A DNA stretch of 64,000 bases from an uncultured virus (IMG/VR IMGVR_UViG_3300024269_000049) (IMGVR_UViG_3300024269_000049:1-64000), one strand, 5' to 3'; shown: positions 40,764-51,159, counted from the stretch's first letter. Program-made: numbers and translations. Notes: generated by a model from the letters alone, not told the origin.

Positions 40764-43700
40764 CTATTTAAAATTGATTTCTTTAGGATAAACACCAAAT
40801 AATCTTAAACAAGCTTCTCTAATAAATTCAAAATCATTGAATTTAAACATATTTGTGATAGTTATACCTTCAGTAAGCTTTTTATCTAAATCATAATCAT
40901 TAGATTCAATCGTTACTGTAAATTCTAATATATTTTCTTCATCAATATCTTTATAATAAGGTACCACTGAACAATGTGAACCTATTTTATCACGTTGTAT
41001 AACGTAACTATTTTCTATTATAAGTTTACTATTGATATCATTTAAAGAGAATAGCTTTTTATTATTAGGATTTTTATAAACTAATTTACATTCTATAACT
41101 TCATTAGATATACTAACATTATCTCCCTGAACTGTTATAGATTGTATATCGTCAGAGTCGTTTATATTAATCATGTCATCAACCATCGATTCAAATACTT
41201 TAACAGGTTTACCATGTTTAGATGCCTTTACTATCTCTCCTAAATCATCTTTAGCGAATTGAACTAAATTATTTTCAACACCTTCTTTTTTAGATAAATC
41301 ATCTATGACTATTAGACATTTTCTGATATCTTCGTTTATATGTTCAACTGCTGATGGTTGTTCTTTAAGCATTAAGTTATAATATTTTTTATAAGTATTT
41401 AGATAATTTCTCATTTCTTCTTCATATTGATTTTGAAGATAATAATTCATTTGAGGAATACTTATAGAAGATTCACTCATTACATCTGTAATATATGATT
41501 CCATGTTATAACTATCATTTTTATGATGGTGATTTATGGATTTTTTATAATCTGTTAAATTATCTCCTATTTCAATATTACCATTTTTTAAGTCAGTTTT
41601 AATTATACCTCTATACATATCTCTATTTTTGTCTAGTATTTTATTTAAAATAGGACCTCTAAATAATGGACCGTTTATAAGCTTTTGATTATCTTTAACA
41701 TACTGAACATATTCTTTTTTAGTTTTAAATTCAATAAACCTTCTACAAAGTTCAGAATTTAATTTATAAGTATACATTTTTACAATGTCAACAGGTTTAC
41801 TTACAGTATATTCACGTATAACAGGACATGATCCTATTTCTAAGTCTTTTATGTCAATCTCAACTTCATAAACATAAAAAGCTTCAGTTTTTTCACATAA
41901 ATAGTTTTTAAATTCCTTTTCGCTCATTCCATCGGGTATAACTACTATATTTTTTCCTTTATTATTATGACCTACGAATTCCATATTTGAACCACCCACT
42001 ACATCAAATACTGCGTCTGATAATGCCCATGATATAGCATCTTCTTTATTATCCCAGAAATAAGTAGACCATCTTGGGTCACTATATTTAGTGGCTCCAA
42101 CATTTATCGACATTGGATCTATTTTATCTTTTATTATTCTAGACGAACCACGGTATAATTTGATTTTCCCACCTTTTAACTTTTGTATAGGTTTATCAAA
42201 CCAAACTAAGAATTTATCTGGTTCAAACTTTTCTTCAATATAACATTCACTTATAGTATCTATAAGTTCATTTATCTGCTTATCATTTTTAACGAATATA
42301 GGAATTCTTTTTAAAGTTTTTAAAAAGAATTTAAACGTTTTTATAATATCACCTTCACTACGTTTATAAGTTCTAGATACACTTCTAAACATAGATTTAG
42401 ATACAGATGTACCCATTATAACCATTGGTTTATTTATAAATCTTTCGGGTTCAAAGCATATAAATAATTGCATACCTTCTAGTATGTAAAGTTTATTATC
42501 ACCTTGTACTCTTTTTTCAAACCAATCTAAGAATTTAACTGATTCAGTATTAAAAGCTGGATCGCTAAATCCATTTAATCTATTAGGTTTTTGAGTATGA
42601 AGATATTCTAATATAATAGGGTGTATTTTATTAGTGTTTAAGTTTTCCAACCCTTTTATTAATGCTGATGTAACAGCATCAAACTCTAATGCTTCTGCAT
42701 TATATATTCTAGAGTATTCTTTTATAATAGTACTTTTACCAGAACCACCTAAACCAGTTATATATAAAACATTATTAGAAGTTCCGAATTTATCGATATT
42801 AACTTCAATATTTTCTTTAGAAATAAATAAGTTTTCTTCAATAATATTCCAATTTTCATATAACTTTAAATCACGCTTTCTTTCTTTTATAGCATTTTCC
42901 ATACCACCGTTATTTATCCAATCATAATAATAATCATATTCATATTTAAGTTTCGGATTTTTTCTTAATAATAACTTAGTTTGAGTATTAGATTTTCTTA
43001 CTAGTTTTTCAATATATCTAAAGTCATCTTCATACCTAGCACCGATTATCATTCGATTTATCAATGCCTGCAATTCAATAGGATTATTTTTAGCTAAATC
43101 ATAACTTAATGAGAAAAACAAATCGTTTTCAGAGTATTTACGTTCATTGAACTTTTTAAAGTTGTAGATAGTATTATCCATACCATCACGTAAACTTTCT
43201 TCTATTATTTCTTTTTTAAATCCATTGAATTTCTTTTCATCGGCAATATACCATTCAAATAAATCTGAAACTCTATATCTTTGCTTATCACGTTTTACTT
43301 TTCTAATCATAGAATTAATCATGGAAGTGTTTACAAATACAATAGGTAGTCCTTTTACCATATCAGGATTAATATCTGCAAAGATTTGTAATCCTTCAAT
43401 AACAAATTTTTTATCTGGGTGTTGATTACAGTAGTTAATTGCATATGATAATACGTTAGTCATTTCTAGAGATAATTCTTCATTGTTAAGTTCGTTATTA
43501 ATAAGTTTTTGTTTTAATAATGGTTTATTATTAAAATATTTATTAAATATTAGTTCGTTTGAATATGGACCAAAATCCATATCTGGATGTTCAAACATAT
43601 CCATCTCTATACATGTTGCATTATATTTCTTACATAGTTCATCACTTAGAGTAGATTTTCCACTACCTGATAATCCTGTAATTAAACAAATATTACTTTT

Positions 43701-44603
43701 ACCTGAATCGAATAATTCAAAGTTTACATACAAATCTTTTTTATTTCTCATATAAGCTTCTTCTATCACTTCAGTACTTTCTTTTATAGGTTGTTTACTA
43801 ACACCTTTAATATCTTCTATTTTAAATATTCTAGGTATTTTCTTTTCATCACCGTATTTTTCAAAACTCTGTTTAATTTCTTTTAAGAATCTAAAAAGAT
43901 TTTCGTAATTTTTATTTGTTATTTTTACATAATGAACTGCTTTTTGTGAACACATTACTTCATCTTTTAAACGTTCTTTTTCTTTATCTACATCTTGTAT
44001 TTTATGATGATTATTAGGATTATCTCCACCATCTTTTATTTCTATTTCTAATTCTAATGAATGTATATAAACATCTGGTATATAGAATTTATCCTCTCCA
44101 TTATACTTATAAGTATACGTATGTGGAGAAGGCATTGATATATCTTCAGGGTCCCAGTTAAAGAATCCATCTAATGTTTTTAAAAAGTCTAATTCATAGC
44201 TTCCAGTATATGTTGATTCATGTTTACCATCAGACCATTCATAAGTACCAGATATACTTCTATTAGCTAACATTTCTCTTTGTTTATTAGGGTCGTTTAA
44301 TAAATGTGTTTTACCGTACTTAGCAACCATTCTACCCTTCATTATTTTAACATATTCATCTTTACATTTAGGATCTCCACAGAATCTATTATATTTACCA
44401 GTATTCATATTCCATGTAGTAGGTTTTTTACACATTACACAATTCCCATGTGTTTTTCCAGTTTTCATATAATAGTAATATTGTTGAACACACATATCTT
44501 TCGGTATCATTGAAGAATGTTCTTTTTCTATATGACTATATAAACATGGAAGTTCAGTAAAATTCTTTCCACATATTTTACATTTGAACATAAATTTAAC
44601 CAC
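40764..44603 (-). CDS. Multidomain polyprotein: Zn fingers, PD-(D/E)XK nuclease, two P-loop kinase domains, ART-like domain
   Basis: CKIC..H...H, CVMC..C....C, YIPD...EIEIK; GLSGSGKST; GLGGSGKST; LYRGS..STYF..REY; late promoter at 44630-44641. Confidence 0.75.
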   Translation of the reverse strand: MVKFMFKCKICGKNFTELPCLYSHIEKEHSSMIPKDMCVQQYYYYMKTGKTHGNCVMCKKPTTWNMNTGKYNRFCGDPKCKDEYVKIMKGRMVAKYGKTHLLNDPNKQREMLANRSISGTYEWSDGKHESTYTGSYELDFLKTLDGFFNWDPEDISMPSPHTYTYKYNGEDKFYIPDVYIHSLELEIEIKDGGDNPNNHHKIQDVDKEKERLKDEVMCSQKAVHYVKITNKNYENLFRFLKEIKQSFEKYGDEKKIPRIFKIEDIKGVSKQPIKESTEVIEEAYMRNKKDLYVNFELFDSGKSNICLITGLSGSGKSTLSDELCKKYNATCIEMDMFEHPDMDFGPYSNELIFNKYFNNKPLLKQKLINNELNNEELSLEMTNVLSYAINYCNQHPDKKFVIEGLQIFADINPDMVKGLPIVFVNTSMINSMIRKVKRDKQRYRVSDLFEWYIADEKKFNGFKKEIIEESLRDGMDNTIYNFKKFNERKYSENDLFFSLSYDLAKNNPIELQALINRMIIGARYEDDFRYIEKLVRKSNTQTKLLLRKNPKLKYEYDYYYDWINNGGMENAIKERKRDLKLYENWNIIEENLFISKENIEVNIDKFGTSNNVLYITGLGGSGKSTIIKEYSRIYNAEALEFDAVTSALIKGLENLNTNKIHPIILEYLHTQKPNRLNGFSDPAFNTESVKFLDWFEKRVQGDNKLYILEGMQLFICFEPERFINKPMVIMGTSVSKSMFRSVSRTYKRSEGDIIKTFKFFLKTLKRIPIFVKNDKQINELIDTISECYIEEKFEPDKFLVWFDKPIQKLKGGKIKLYRGSSRIIKDKIDPMSINVGATKYSDPRWSTYFWDNKEDAISWALSDAVFDVVGGSNMEFVGHNNKGKNIVVIPDGMSEKEFKNYLCEKTEAFYVYEVEIDIKDLEIGSCPVIREYTVSKPVDIVKMYTYKLNSELCRRFIEFKTKKEYVQYVKDNQKLINGPLFRGPILNKILDKNRDMYRGIIKTDLKNGNIEIGDNLTDYKKSINHHHKNDSYNMESYITDVMSESSISIPQMNYYLQNQYEEEMRNYLNTYKKYYNLMLKEQPSAVEHINEDIRKCLIVIDDLSKKEGVENNLVQFAKDDLGEIVKASKHGKPVKVFESMVDDMININDSDDIQSITVQGDNVSISNEVIECKLVYKNPNNKKLFSLNDINSKLIIENSYVIQRDKIGSHCSVVPYYKDIDEENILEFTVTIESNDYDLDKKLTEGITITNMFKFNDFEFIREACLRLFGVYPKEINFK

Positions 44604-44734
44604 CTTTCTTCTTTATATTACAGTTAACTTAAGAGATTGTTTTTATCAACAATATTTACAAGAATTAATGAAAAATAAACTAAATTACAATATAATAATA
44701 CCAATGAATTAAACAGTAAAGGAGATGATGATAA

Positions 44735-45160
44735 TTGGCTTTACCAAGAGATGTTGGTCTGGATAAAGATTTTTACCAGAAAAGTAGAATATTTAAAGAA
44801 ACCGATTCATTAGTAAACTATATTTTAAATATCCTATTAATGCGACCTGGTAATATGCCAAGTATGCCACATATAGGCATTAATATAGGTCAATACGTTC
44901 AACCTACAATGCAACAACAGTTAGATGTTGAACTTATTAAGGGTCTGATTGTAAGTAATTGTGAGGATTTACTTCCTCAATTATCAACCGATGAATTACT
45001 GGTTACAGTAGTTATGGATGAATTTAATAAACCAGTATTATTAATTAAGATACCAATGTATGTTGATGAAGAAGAAATAAAATTTGACGCATACTATGCA
45101 TTCTATAGGAATACATTGAATGAATTAGAATTTAACTTCTTAGTTGACGATAATTTATAA
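44735..45160 (+). CDS. gp25-like baseplate wedge protein
   Basis: ILNILLMRPGNMPSMPHIG pattern; TTG start with AAGGAG RBS. Confidence 0.75.
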   Translation: MALPRDVGLDKDFYQKSRIFKETDSLVNYILNILLMRPGNMPSMPHIGINIGQYVQPTMQQQLDVELIKGLIVSNCEDLLPQLSTDELLVTVVMDEFNKPVLLIKIPMYVDEEEIKFDAYYAFYRNTLNELEFNFLVDDNL

Positions 45161-45187
45161 AAATATATTTTTTAGGAGGAAACCGTA

Positions 45188-46168
45188 ATGGATAACAATA
45201 ATAAAAAAGTAGATATCAAATCTTTATTAGAGCAAAATAACATTAAAGTAAATAATAATCAACAAGAAACAGATATTAAAAAAATAGCTAGTAATGTACC
45301 AGAAGGATTCGATCCTACAAATGCTGAAAATGCTAAAGCTGAAATGGGTCAAGTATTTGAAAATAATGAAATACTGAAACATTCAGGAATTAGAGGTGGA
45401 GGAGTCCCTGGTAATATAATTTCAGCGGAACAAATGGCTGCAATAGAAGATACGATCAGAGAGATTGAAGAAGAAACAGAATTAGCTAAAGCAGAATTTG
45501 AAGCTTTCCAAAAAATGAAAGAAGAGGAAGAAGCTAAAAGAAAAGAAGAAGAAATGAAAGAATCGTTAGCATATGAAGACGATGATTCTTTTGCAGTTGA
45601 CGAGCCTAAAAATGTAGTTGAAGAATCTATGGATGATGGAGTTGAAAGATCTGAGGATTTCTTAAAAAGATATAATGAGGCAGTTGTGATTATAGATAAA
45701 ACTGGTATGGGTCAAGTTATAAACTTTACAGATGAAGAAAGAGCTAAAATGAAAAAAGTTAAATCTATAAAATTAAAAGAAGTTGAAACTGTAGAATTAA
45801 AATCAATAAAAACTAAAAAGGCTAAAACTGGTATAGCTGATAGAATATTACAAAAACGTAATACTATTAGAAATACAACTATAGTTTTACCTATTTCAGG
45901 TTTAACTATGGTTATGAAAGGATGTTCTACATTTGAATTAATGGGATTAATAACTGGTCAAGAAGTTAATGTTATGACATTAGTTGCTAAATGGACATTA
46001 ATACATTCTAAAGTTGAATCAACTTCTATAGGTAAAATGGATTTCAACACATTCTTAAATAATGTGGCTTCATTAGAATATGATATATTAGTTTATGGTA
46101 TATTATGTGCTACATTCCCAGATGAAGACGTATTCCCATTAACTTGCCCAATGTGTAGAGTGCAATAG
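45188..46168 (+). CDS. Baseplate hub assembly chaperone-like protein, N-terminal part (frame break at about 46159)
   Basis: Ends just after TCPMC; continues in the -1 frame into 46183-46737. Confidence 0.65.
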   Translation: MDNNNKKVDIKSLLEQNNIKVNNNQQETDIKKIASNVPEGFDPTNAENAKAEMGQVFENNEILKHSGIRGGGVPGNIISAEQMAAIEDTIREIEEETELAKAEFEAFQKMKEEEEAKRKEEEMKESLAYEDDDSFAVDEPKNVVEESMDDGVERSEDFLKRYNEAVVIIDKTGMGQVINFTDEERAKMKKVKSIKLKEVETVELKSIKTKKAKTGIADRILQKRNTIRNTTIVLPISGLTMVMKGCSTFELMGLITGQEVNVMTLVAKWTLIHSKVESTSIGKMDFNTFLNNVASLEYDILVYGILCATFPDEDVFPLTCPMCRVQ

Positions 46169-46182
46169 AACATAAATATGAA

Positions 46183-46737
46183 ATGAGATCTTTATTAAGA
46201 GCTGAAGAAATGTCCGAAAAACTTGCAGCATTAGTAAAAGATGTTGCAGACCATTCTTTTACTGAAGAACAAGCTAAAGAATGTTTTGAAAATTCTGTAT
46301 TAAATACAGAAAAATCTATACAATTACCAGATTCTGAATTTATATGTACTATAGGTGTTCAAAATGCATATTCATTCATATATGATTCAGTAAATGCTAT
46401 AGATAAATTAGATGAAAAATATCAACAAGCAACAATAATATCATCTGCTGTTTCTAGAATTTACGTACCAAATCCAGATGATGATGGTGCTACATATCTT
46501 GAAATAGATGACACTGAAGATAAAATAAAATTAATATATAGTTTAAATGCTACTGATATAAGTATACTTAGTACTAAGATAGGTGAAATAACAGAAGGAT
46601 TAGAATTTAGATTTGGATTAATGGATATTACTTGCCCTAATATGAAATGTAAACACCATGTAAATTCTTTAGGAGTTGAATTAGATACAATCCTTTTTCA
46701 CAAATACCAACAAGCAATGAATACGACTATAGACTAG
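46183..46737 (+). CDS. Baseplate hub assembly chaperone-like protein, C-terminal part
   Basis: Second Zn motif TCPNMKC; no RBS before ATG 46183. Confidence 0.65.
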   Translation: MRSLLRAEEMSEKLAALVKDVADHSFTEEQAKECFENSVLNTEKSIQLPDSEFICTIGVQNAYSFIYDSVNAIDKLDEKYQQATIISSAVSRIYVPNPDDDGATYLEIDDTEDKIKLIYSLNATDISILSTKIGEITEGLEFRFGLMDITCPNMKCKHHVNSLGVELDTILFHKYQQAMNTTID

Positions 46738-46748
46738 AAAAAATATCT

Positions 46749-46952
46749 ATGTTTATGGACGAAATATTAGAGTTGTTTGGTGGTCCAAGTGCTTATTTTA
46801 TGTTAGAAGAAATGTCATACAAGGAACTTGTAGCGATAAGAGATGCTCGTATTAAACGTAAAAATAAAGAAATAGAGGATGAACAAAAATACCGAGAAGA
46901 GGAGTTAAAAGCCCAAGAACGAGCAATAGCTAATAGTAAAATTTATAGATAA
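46749..46952 (+). CDS. Tail assembly chaperone GT-like extension, probably reached by -1 frameshift
   Basis: LEEMSYKEL..IRDARI pattern; frame open from 46680 across CCTTTTT; no RBS. Confidence 0.55.
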   Translation: MFMDEILELFGGPSAYFMLEEMSYKELVAIRDARIKRKNKEIEDEQKYREEELKAQERAIANSKIYR

Positions 46953-47001
46953 TTTAATTGATTCCGAGAATCCCAAATAAGACGAAAGGAAAAGGATTCT
47001 T

Positions 47002-47376
47002 ATGATGCCAATAGATGAATTTATAAATCAGCTAATTCAATCAGGATTAGCTGACTCTTTTTTAGACGTAATAGAGTTACATTATTTAAAAGTAGTTGAA
47101 GTTTACAACATAATATCATTTATAGAGGAAAGTAATATTCTAAATATAGAGTACATAGATGACGAAGAACATGATTCACTTAAAGTGATTATATCGTTAA
47201 ATGAACCTGTTGAAATAGAGGAGGAATATTCTCAAACAACAGACTTTTCAATACAAATTATTAATGTCGGTACTACGTTGGAGATAACCGTTACTAATAA
47301 TTATGAAAGTGAGGCTGTTATTTATGAAAATAGATTTAATGGACGTAGAACGCCTTATACGCACAAATGGTCTTGA
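47002..47376 (+). CDS. Acidic hypothetical protein
   Basis: ORF overlapping the RNAP start. Confidence 0.65.
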   Translation: MMPIDEFINQLIQSGLADSFLDVIELHYLKVVEVYNIISFIEESNILNIEYIDDEEHDSLKVIISLNEPVEIEEEYSQTTDFSIQIINVGTTLEITVTNNYESEAVIYENRFNGRRTPYTHKWS

Positions 47377-48724
47377 AGGAAAAGAAGTTACAAATCCCAT
47401 ATTATTCGAAGCTGGGAATGTACCAACTGCTGATGGTATGCTATCATTAGAAATATTTGGAATGACATCTAAAGAAAGAAAAGAAAATTATGCTTATATA
47501 AGTTTACATGATTATTTTCTTCACCCATATGTTTATAAAATACTTTTAAGACTTGATAGACGTATTGAGGCTATAGTAAAAGGTACACGAAAGTTTATTA
47601 TAACTGAAGCTGGAGAATTAAAAGAAGACGAAGAAAATGGAAATAACGGATGTGCTTGGTTATATAAAAACTGGGATAAAATAAAATTTAAAAGAAATGA
47701 TTCTAACGTAAGAAATGAAAGAATTAATTTAATAGAAGCTTATAATAAAAATGTTTTATTTGTAAAAAGATGGATAGTTATACCAGCATTCTACAGGGAT
47801 GTTAATTTCCAAAAATCCGATTCTGGTAAATTATCTCATAATGAATTAACTGATTTATATTGTAAATTATTAAAATTTACAAATATGTTAGCTTCTATAA
47901 ACGAATTTGACTTTATGATAAATTCTAATAGAGGTAAAGTACAAGATACATTAGTAGAAATATACGATTATTTCAAACATAAATTAGAAAAGAAAAATGG
48001 ATTAATAAGAAAATCGCTATTAGGTAAAACAGTTGACTATGGGGTTCGTGCAGTTATAGCTGCACCTGAATTTAGATCTGATAGATATGATGATAATATA
48101 GTTGACTTTACACATTGTGCTATTCCTATAGCATTACTTTGTACTTTATTCTATCCATTTATGTTACATGAATTAAGAAATTTCTTTAATGAGCAATATG
48201 AAATGCTTAATTATAAAATAGAAGATTTATCAGAATATAATAAGAAGTTATCAGGGTCCGCTGATTTATTAGACTTTAACTTCTATTATAGTGATGATTA
48301 TTTTAAAAAGATGATGGATGGGTTTACTAGAACATACGATGATCGTTTTAAACGTGTTGAAATCCCTTTAAAACAAGAACAACCTTATCCAATATATTAT
48401 AAAATAAAATTACAAAAAGAAGATGGTACTGAAATAGTTCGTGATATGACTATAACAGATGTTCTATTTATAGTTGCAAATAGAGCTGCTGCAGATAAAC
48501 ATGTTTTCATAACACGTTATCCTATAACAAATCACTTAGGATCTATACCATCTAAATTAAATGTATCATCTACAGTAAAAACTGAACCGATGATATATAA
48601 TGGTGTTTTATATAAATTTTATCCTGTAGTTGATTTAAATATGTCACCTGTAGAAATTACAACTTATTTCTACGATGTTCTTAAATTATCAAATGTTTTA
48701 CTTAAACAGTTTGGTGGAGACTAT
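47324..48724 (+). CDS. rpoC: Phage multisubunit RNA polymerase beta' N-terminal subunit, exon 1 (probably virion RNAP)
   Basis: DGMLSLEIFG, AYISL...LHP, KKNGLIRKSLLGKTVDYGVRAVI, RYP and GGDY| motifs; lies in a late structural operon. Confidence 0.9.
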
Positions 48725-49610
48725 AAAATGGTCACGTTGTAGTCTTTAAACTACTTAAATTGTTCGGGAACACCCTTAGAGCTTAAACTACTAAGTTATA
48801 ATAGTAATATTATGATGGCTGAGATTAATTACCTCAGGTATAGTAAAAAGGTTTAAGATTGGGTAATCCGCAGCCAAGTTACCAATCATGAAAGGTGATG
48901 ATGAAATGGAAGAAAAACTTATTGTAATAGGCGATGTTAAACCGATGTATACAATATCTAATGACGGTAAAGTTAAAAATATTAAAACAGGAAAATACTT
49001 AAAATATGGAGTTACAACAGCAGGTTATTATACAGTTGGATTACAACATAATGATAATAGTAGACATATTTATTATATTCATAAATTAGTTGCAGAAATG
49101 TTTTTGGTAAAAAGTGAATTTGATGAACAGGTTAATCATAAAGATAAAAACCGTTCAAACAATAATGTTGATAATCTTGAATGGTGTACACAATTAGAAA
49201 ATTTAGAACATCAATTCACATGTACTAATAAAACTAAAAAAGCTGAAATGACTAATCATTGGGGTAAAATTTCTCCAGGATCTGAAAATGGTATGTCTAA
49301 AATAACTGATGAACAATGTCATTTTATTTGTAATTTATTAAGTAAAGGATATAGTAGACCTGAAGTTATTAAACTATGTAATTTTCCTGTAAGTTATACT
49401 ATAGTTAGATTTATCCATGAGAGAAAACGTTGGAAACATATTTCTAAAAATTACGATTGGTAGAAGGTTCAGAGACTAGGCATATGCCGTACCGGTTCAA
49501 GCGAATTGGGAAAAAGGTAGATAGGTTTTTGAATAACCTATATGATATAGTCCATGGTGGGGAAACTCACTGGTAGAGTAGCGTCTACAAAAAAAATATA
49601 GACATACTTG
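48725..49610 (+). mobile_element. Group I intron (886 nt) inside the RNAP catalytic motif, with HNH ORF
   Basis: P1 AGACUAU/GUAGUCU; P10 GGUCAC/GUGACC; Q AAUCCGCAGC; R UUCAGAGACUA; S GAUAUAGUCC; terminal G; splicing gives GGDY|DGDQ. Confidence 0.94.
48888..49463 (+). CDS. Intron-encoded NUMOD4/HNH-type homing endonuclease with C-terminal DNA-binding domain
   Basis: YTISNDGKV, IHKLVA, QVNHKDKNRSNN.VDNLEWC...N..H, GSENGMSKI. Confidence 0.92.
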   Translation: MKGDDEMEEKLIVIGDVKPMYTISNDGKVKNIKTGKYLKYGVTTAGYYTVGLQHNDNSRHIYYIHKLVAEMFLVKSEFDEQVNHKDKNRSNNNVDNLEWCTQLENLEHQFTCTNKTKKAEMTNHWGKISPGSENGMSKITDEQCHFICNLLSKGYSRPEVIKLCNFPVSYTIVRFIHERKRWKHISKNYDW

Positions 49611-49826
49611 GACGGTGACCAGATGTCTATAAAAGGAATATTCTCACAAGAAGCAAATGCTGAATGTGATCAAATAGTTCGTAGTAAAGCAAATATACTA
49701 GATATAAATGCTTCAAACGTAAGAAAGACTGAAAATGAAGCAATACAAACTTTATATACATTAACAAAACGACCTGCTAGGGGAGAGTTACATGATGATA
49801 TAACTGACCCTACACAATATGATTAA
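49611..49826 (+). CDS. rpoC: RNA polymerase beta' subunit, exon 2
   Basis: Begins DGDQMSIKGIFSQEANAEC, completing DxDGD. Confidence 0.9.
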   Translation, partial: DGDQMSIKGIFSQEANAECDQIVRSKANILDINASNVRKTENEAIQTLYTLTKRPARGELHDDITDPTQYD

Positions 49827-49827
49827 A

Positions 49828-49861
49828 GAATAGATATACTCCATAAGGAGTATATCTATTC
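49828..49861. terminator. Bidirectional terminator
   Basis: gaatagatatactcc-ataa-ggagtatatctattc. Confidence 0.8.
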
Positions 49862-50002
49862 TTCTTTTTCTGTAATAATAGCTTTTTCATCACCGTTTAG
49901 AACATCATCTGACCATTCTATAGGCTCAATATCCTCTAAAGATTCTTCAGTTGTTATTATTACACGTTTTTTATCTTTTATTATGTCTTTAAGTTTTTTC
50001 AT
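49856..50002 (-). CDS. Small hypothetical protein (48 aa, not in ORF track)
   Basis: MKKLKDIIKDKKRVIITTEESLEDIEPIEWSDDVLNG...; starts right after the upstream stop. Confidence 0.55.
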   Translation of the reverse strand: MKKLKDIIKDKKRVIITTEESLEDIEPIEWSDDVLNGDEKAIITEKEE

Positions 50003-50003
50003 T

Positions 50004-50453
50004 TTACTCAGGTCTTTCTAATTCATCTATGAATATTTCTATATTTCCATCAACCCCAACAACATCTTCTATAACTTCTTCTTTAGGTGGTTCAACAACT
50101 TTTGGTTCTACAACTTTTTTAGGAACTGGTTTTTGTTTACGTTGTGGTAGTCTTTCAGGTTTTAGTTTAGCATTTGCTCTTGAATCTATTGTACCTGGAT
50201 TATCTATTCTACGCTTTTTCCATTCCTCTCTTTTTTTAGTTTCTCTTTCTATCTTTTCATTTAATAATTCGATTAGTTTAGGATCGTTAGATTTAAGTTT
50301 TCTATGAGCACCGTTTTCCATGTATTCACGCACATCTATTCCAAGACTTATCCATCTTAAAACAAGATGTACATCATATTCAGCAGGAGATAGAATCGGT
50401 CCTTTAACATTATATCCTGGAATAACTTTATCCGATAATATAACAAATCTCAT
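50004..50453 (-). CDS. Hypothetical protein with P/K/E-rich tail
   Basis: ORF coupled to the upstream gene. Confidence 0.7.
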   Translation of the reverse strand: MRFVILSDKVIPGYNVKGPILSPAEYDVHLVLRWISLGIDVREYMENGAHRKLKSNDPKLIELLNEKIERETKKREEWKKRRIDNPGTIDSRANAKLKPERLPQRKQKPVPKKVVEPKVVEPPKEEVIEDVVGVDGNIEIFIDELERPE

Positions 50454-50908
50454 TATTTATCACCACCTTGTTTATTATTGTTGTTATTATTATGTCTTTG
50501 CTTTTTATTATTTTCATTTTGTTGTTTTGGTTGTTCTTTTTTAACTTCTTGAACTGGTTGTTGTTTAGGTTCTTCTTTAACAACCTCTTCTTTTACTTCG
50601 ACTTTAGGTTCAGGTTTCGGTGGTTCTTCTTTTTTAGGTTCAACGTAATCTATTGCTTTGTATTCTCTCTTTTTCATTATTTCTCGGAATCTAGCAAAGT
50701 TAATTTTAACGTATTCTTTACCATTATAAAGTTTAGCATTACAATTTCTAATAAGTAATTGCTCTACTACATCTTCTTCTAATAATAAACCTTCACCTTT
50801 ATAATATTTTTTACCTTTGTAATCAACAGGTACTCTAAGATTTAATAATACTTTAGCGTATAAAACTCCATTTTTTCTTATTAGCTCTATCATTCTAGTT
50901 ACCTCCAT
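50453..50908 (-). CDS. Hypothetical protein with P/K/E/N-rich tail
   Basis: ORF with GGAGG RBS (probable start MIELI). Confidence 0.7.
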   Translation of the reverse strand: MEVTRMIELIRKNGVLYAKVLLNLRVPVDYKGKKYYKGEGLLLEEDVVEQLLIRNCNAKLYNGKEYVKINFARFREIMKKREYKAIDYVEPKKEEPPKPEPKVEVKEEVVKEEPKQQPVQEVKKEQPKQQNENNKKQRHNNNNNNKQGGDK

Positions 50909-50916
50909 TTATTTTT

Positions 50917-51159
50917 TTATAATTCTTCTGGTATATAGTTTTCAGTTATTCTATCTATTTTTTTATTAAATTCGGCTTCTTCATCATATGCAGGTATTTT
51001 GTCTAATACTGACATTATTTCATCTTCAGCCATATCTATTTCTCCATCTTCTTCTATGAACATATCTGCTATAGAATTATTAACTGCTTCAAGCATTAAA
51101 TCTACTTGTAAGTCAGCTTCAGCTTCAGCATTGATTAATTTCTTTAAATTTCCTAACAT
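50917..51159 (-). CDS. Small acidic protein, possibly head-associated
   Basis: LMLEA and ITEN motifs; AAGGAG RBS. Confidence 0.65.
   Translation of the reverse strand: MLGNLKKLINAEAEADLQVDLMLEAVNNSIADMFIEEDGEIDMAEDEIMSVLDKIPAYDEEAEFNKKIDRITENYIPEEL

Noticed and set aside
44648..44659. AACA promoter on the plus strand
   Set aside because: AACA ATATTT is followed by AC, not TA; the TACA-N6-TA at 44686-44697 fits better
46166..46168. TAG readthrough or stop-codon reassignment
   Set aside because: Readthrough hits TGA six codons later and the continuation is in another frame; TAG and TGA end many normal genes here
49608..49826. Independent 72-aa gene with TTG start
   Set aside because: It is exon 2 of the RNAP gene; TTG is the last three bases of the intron
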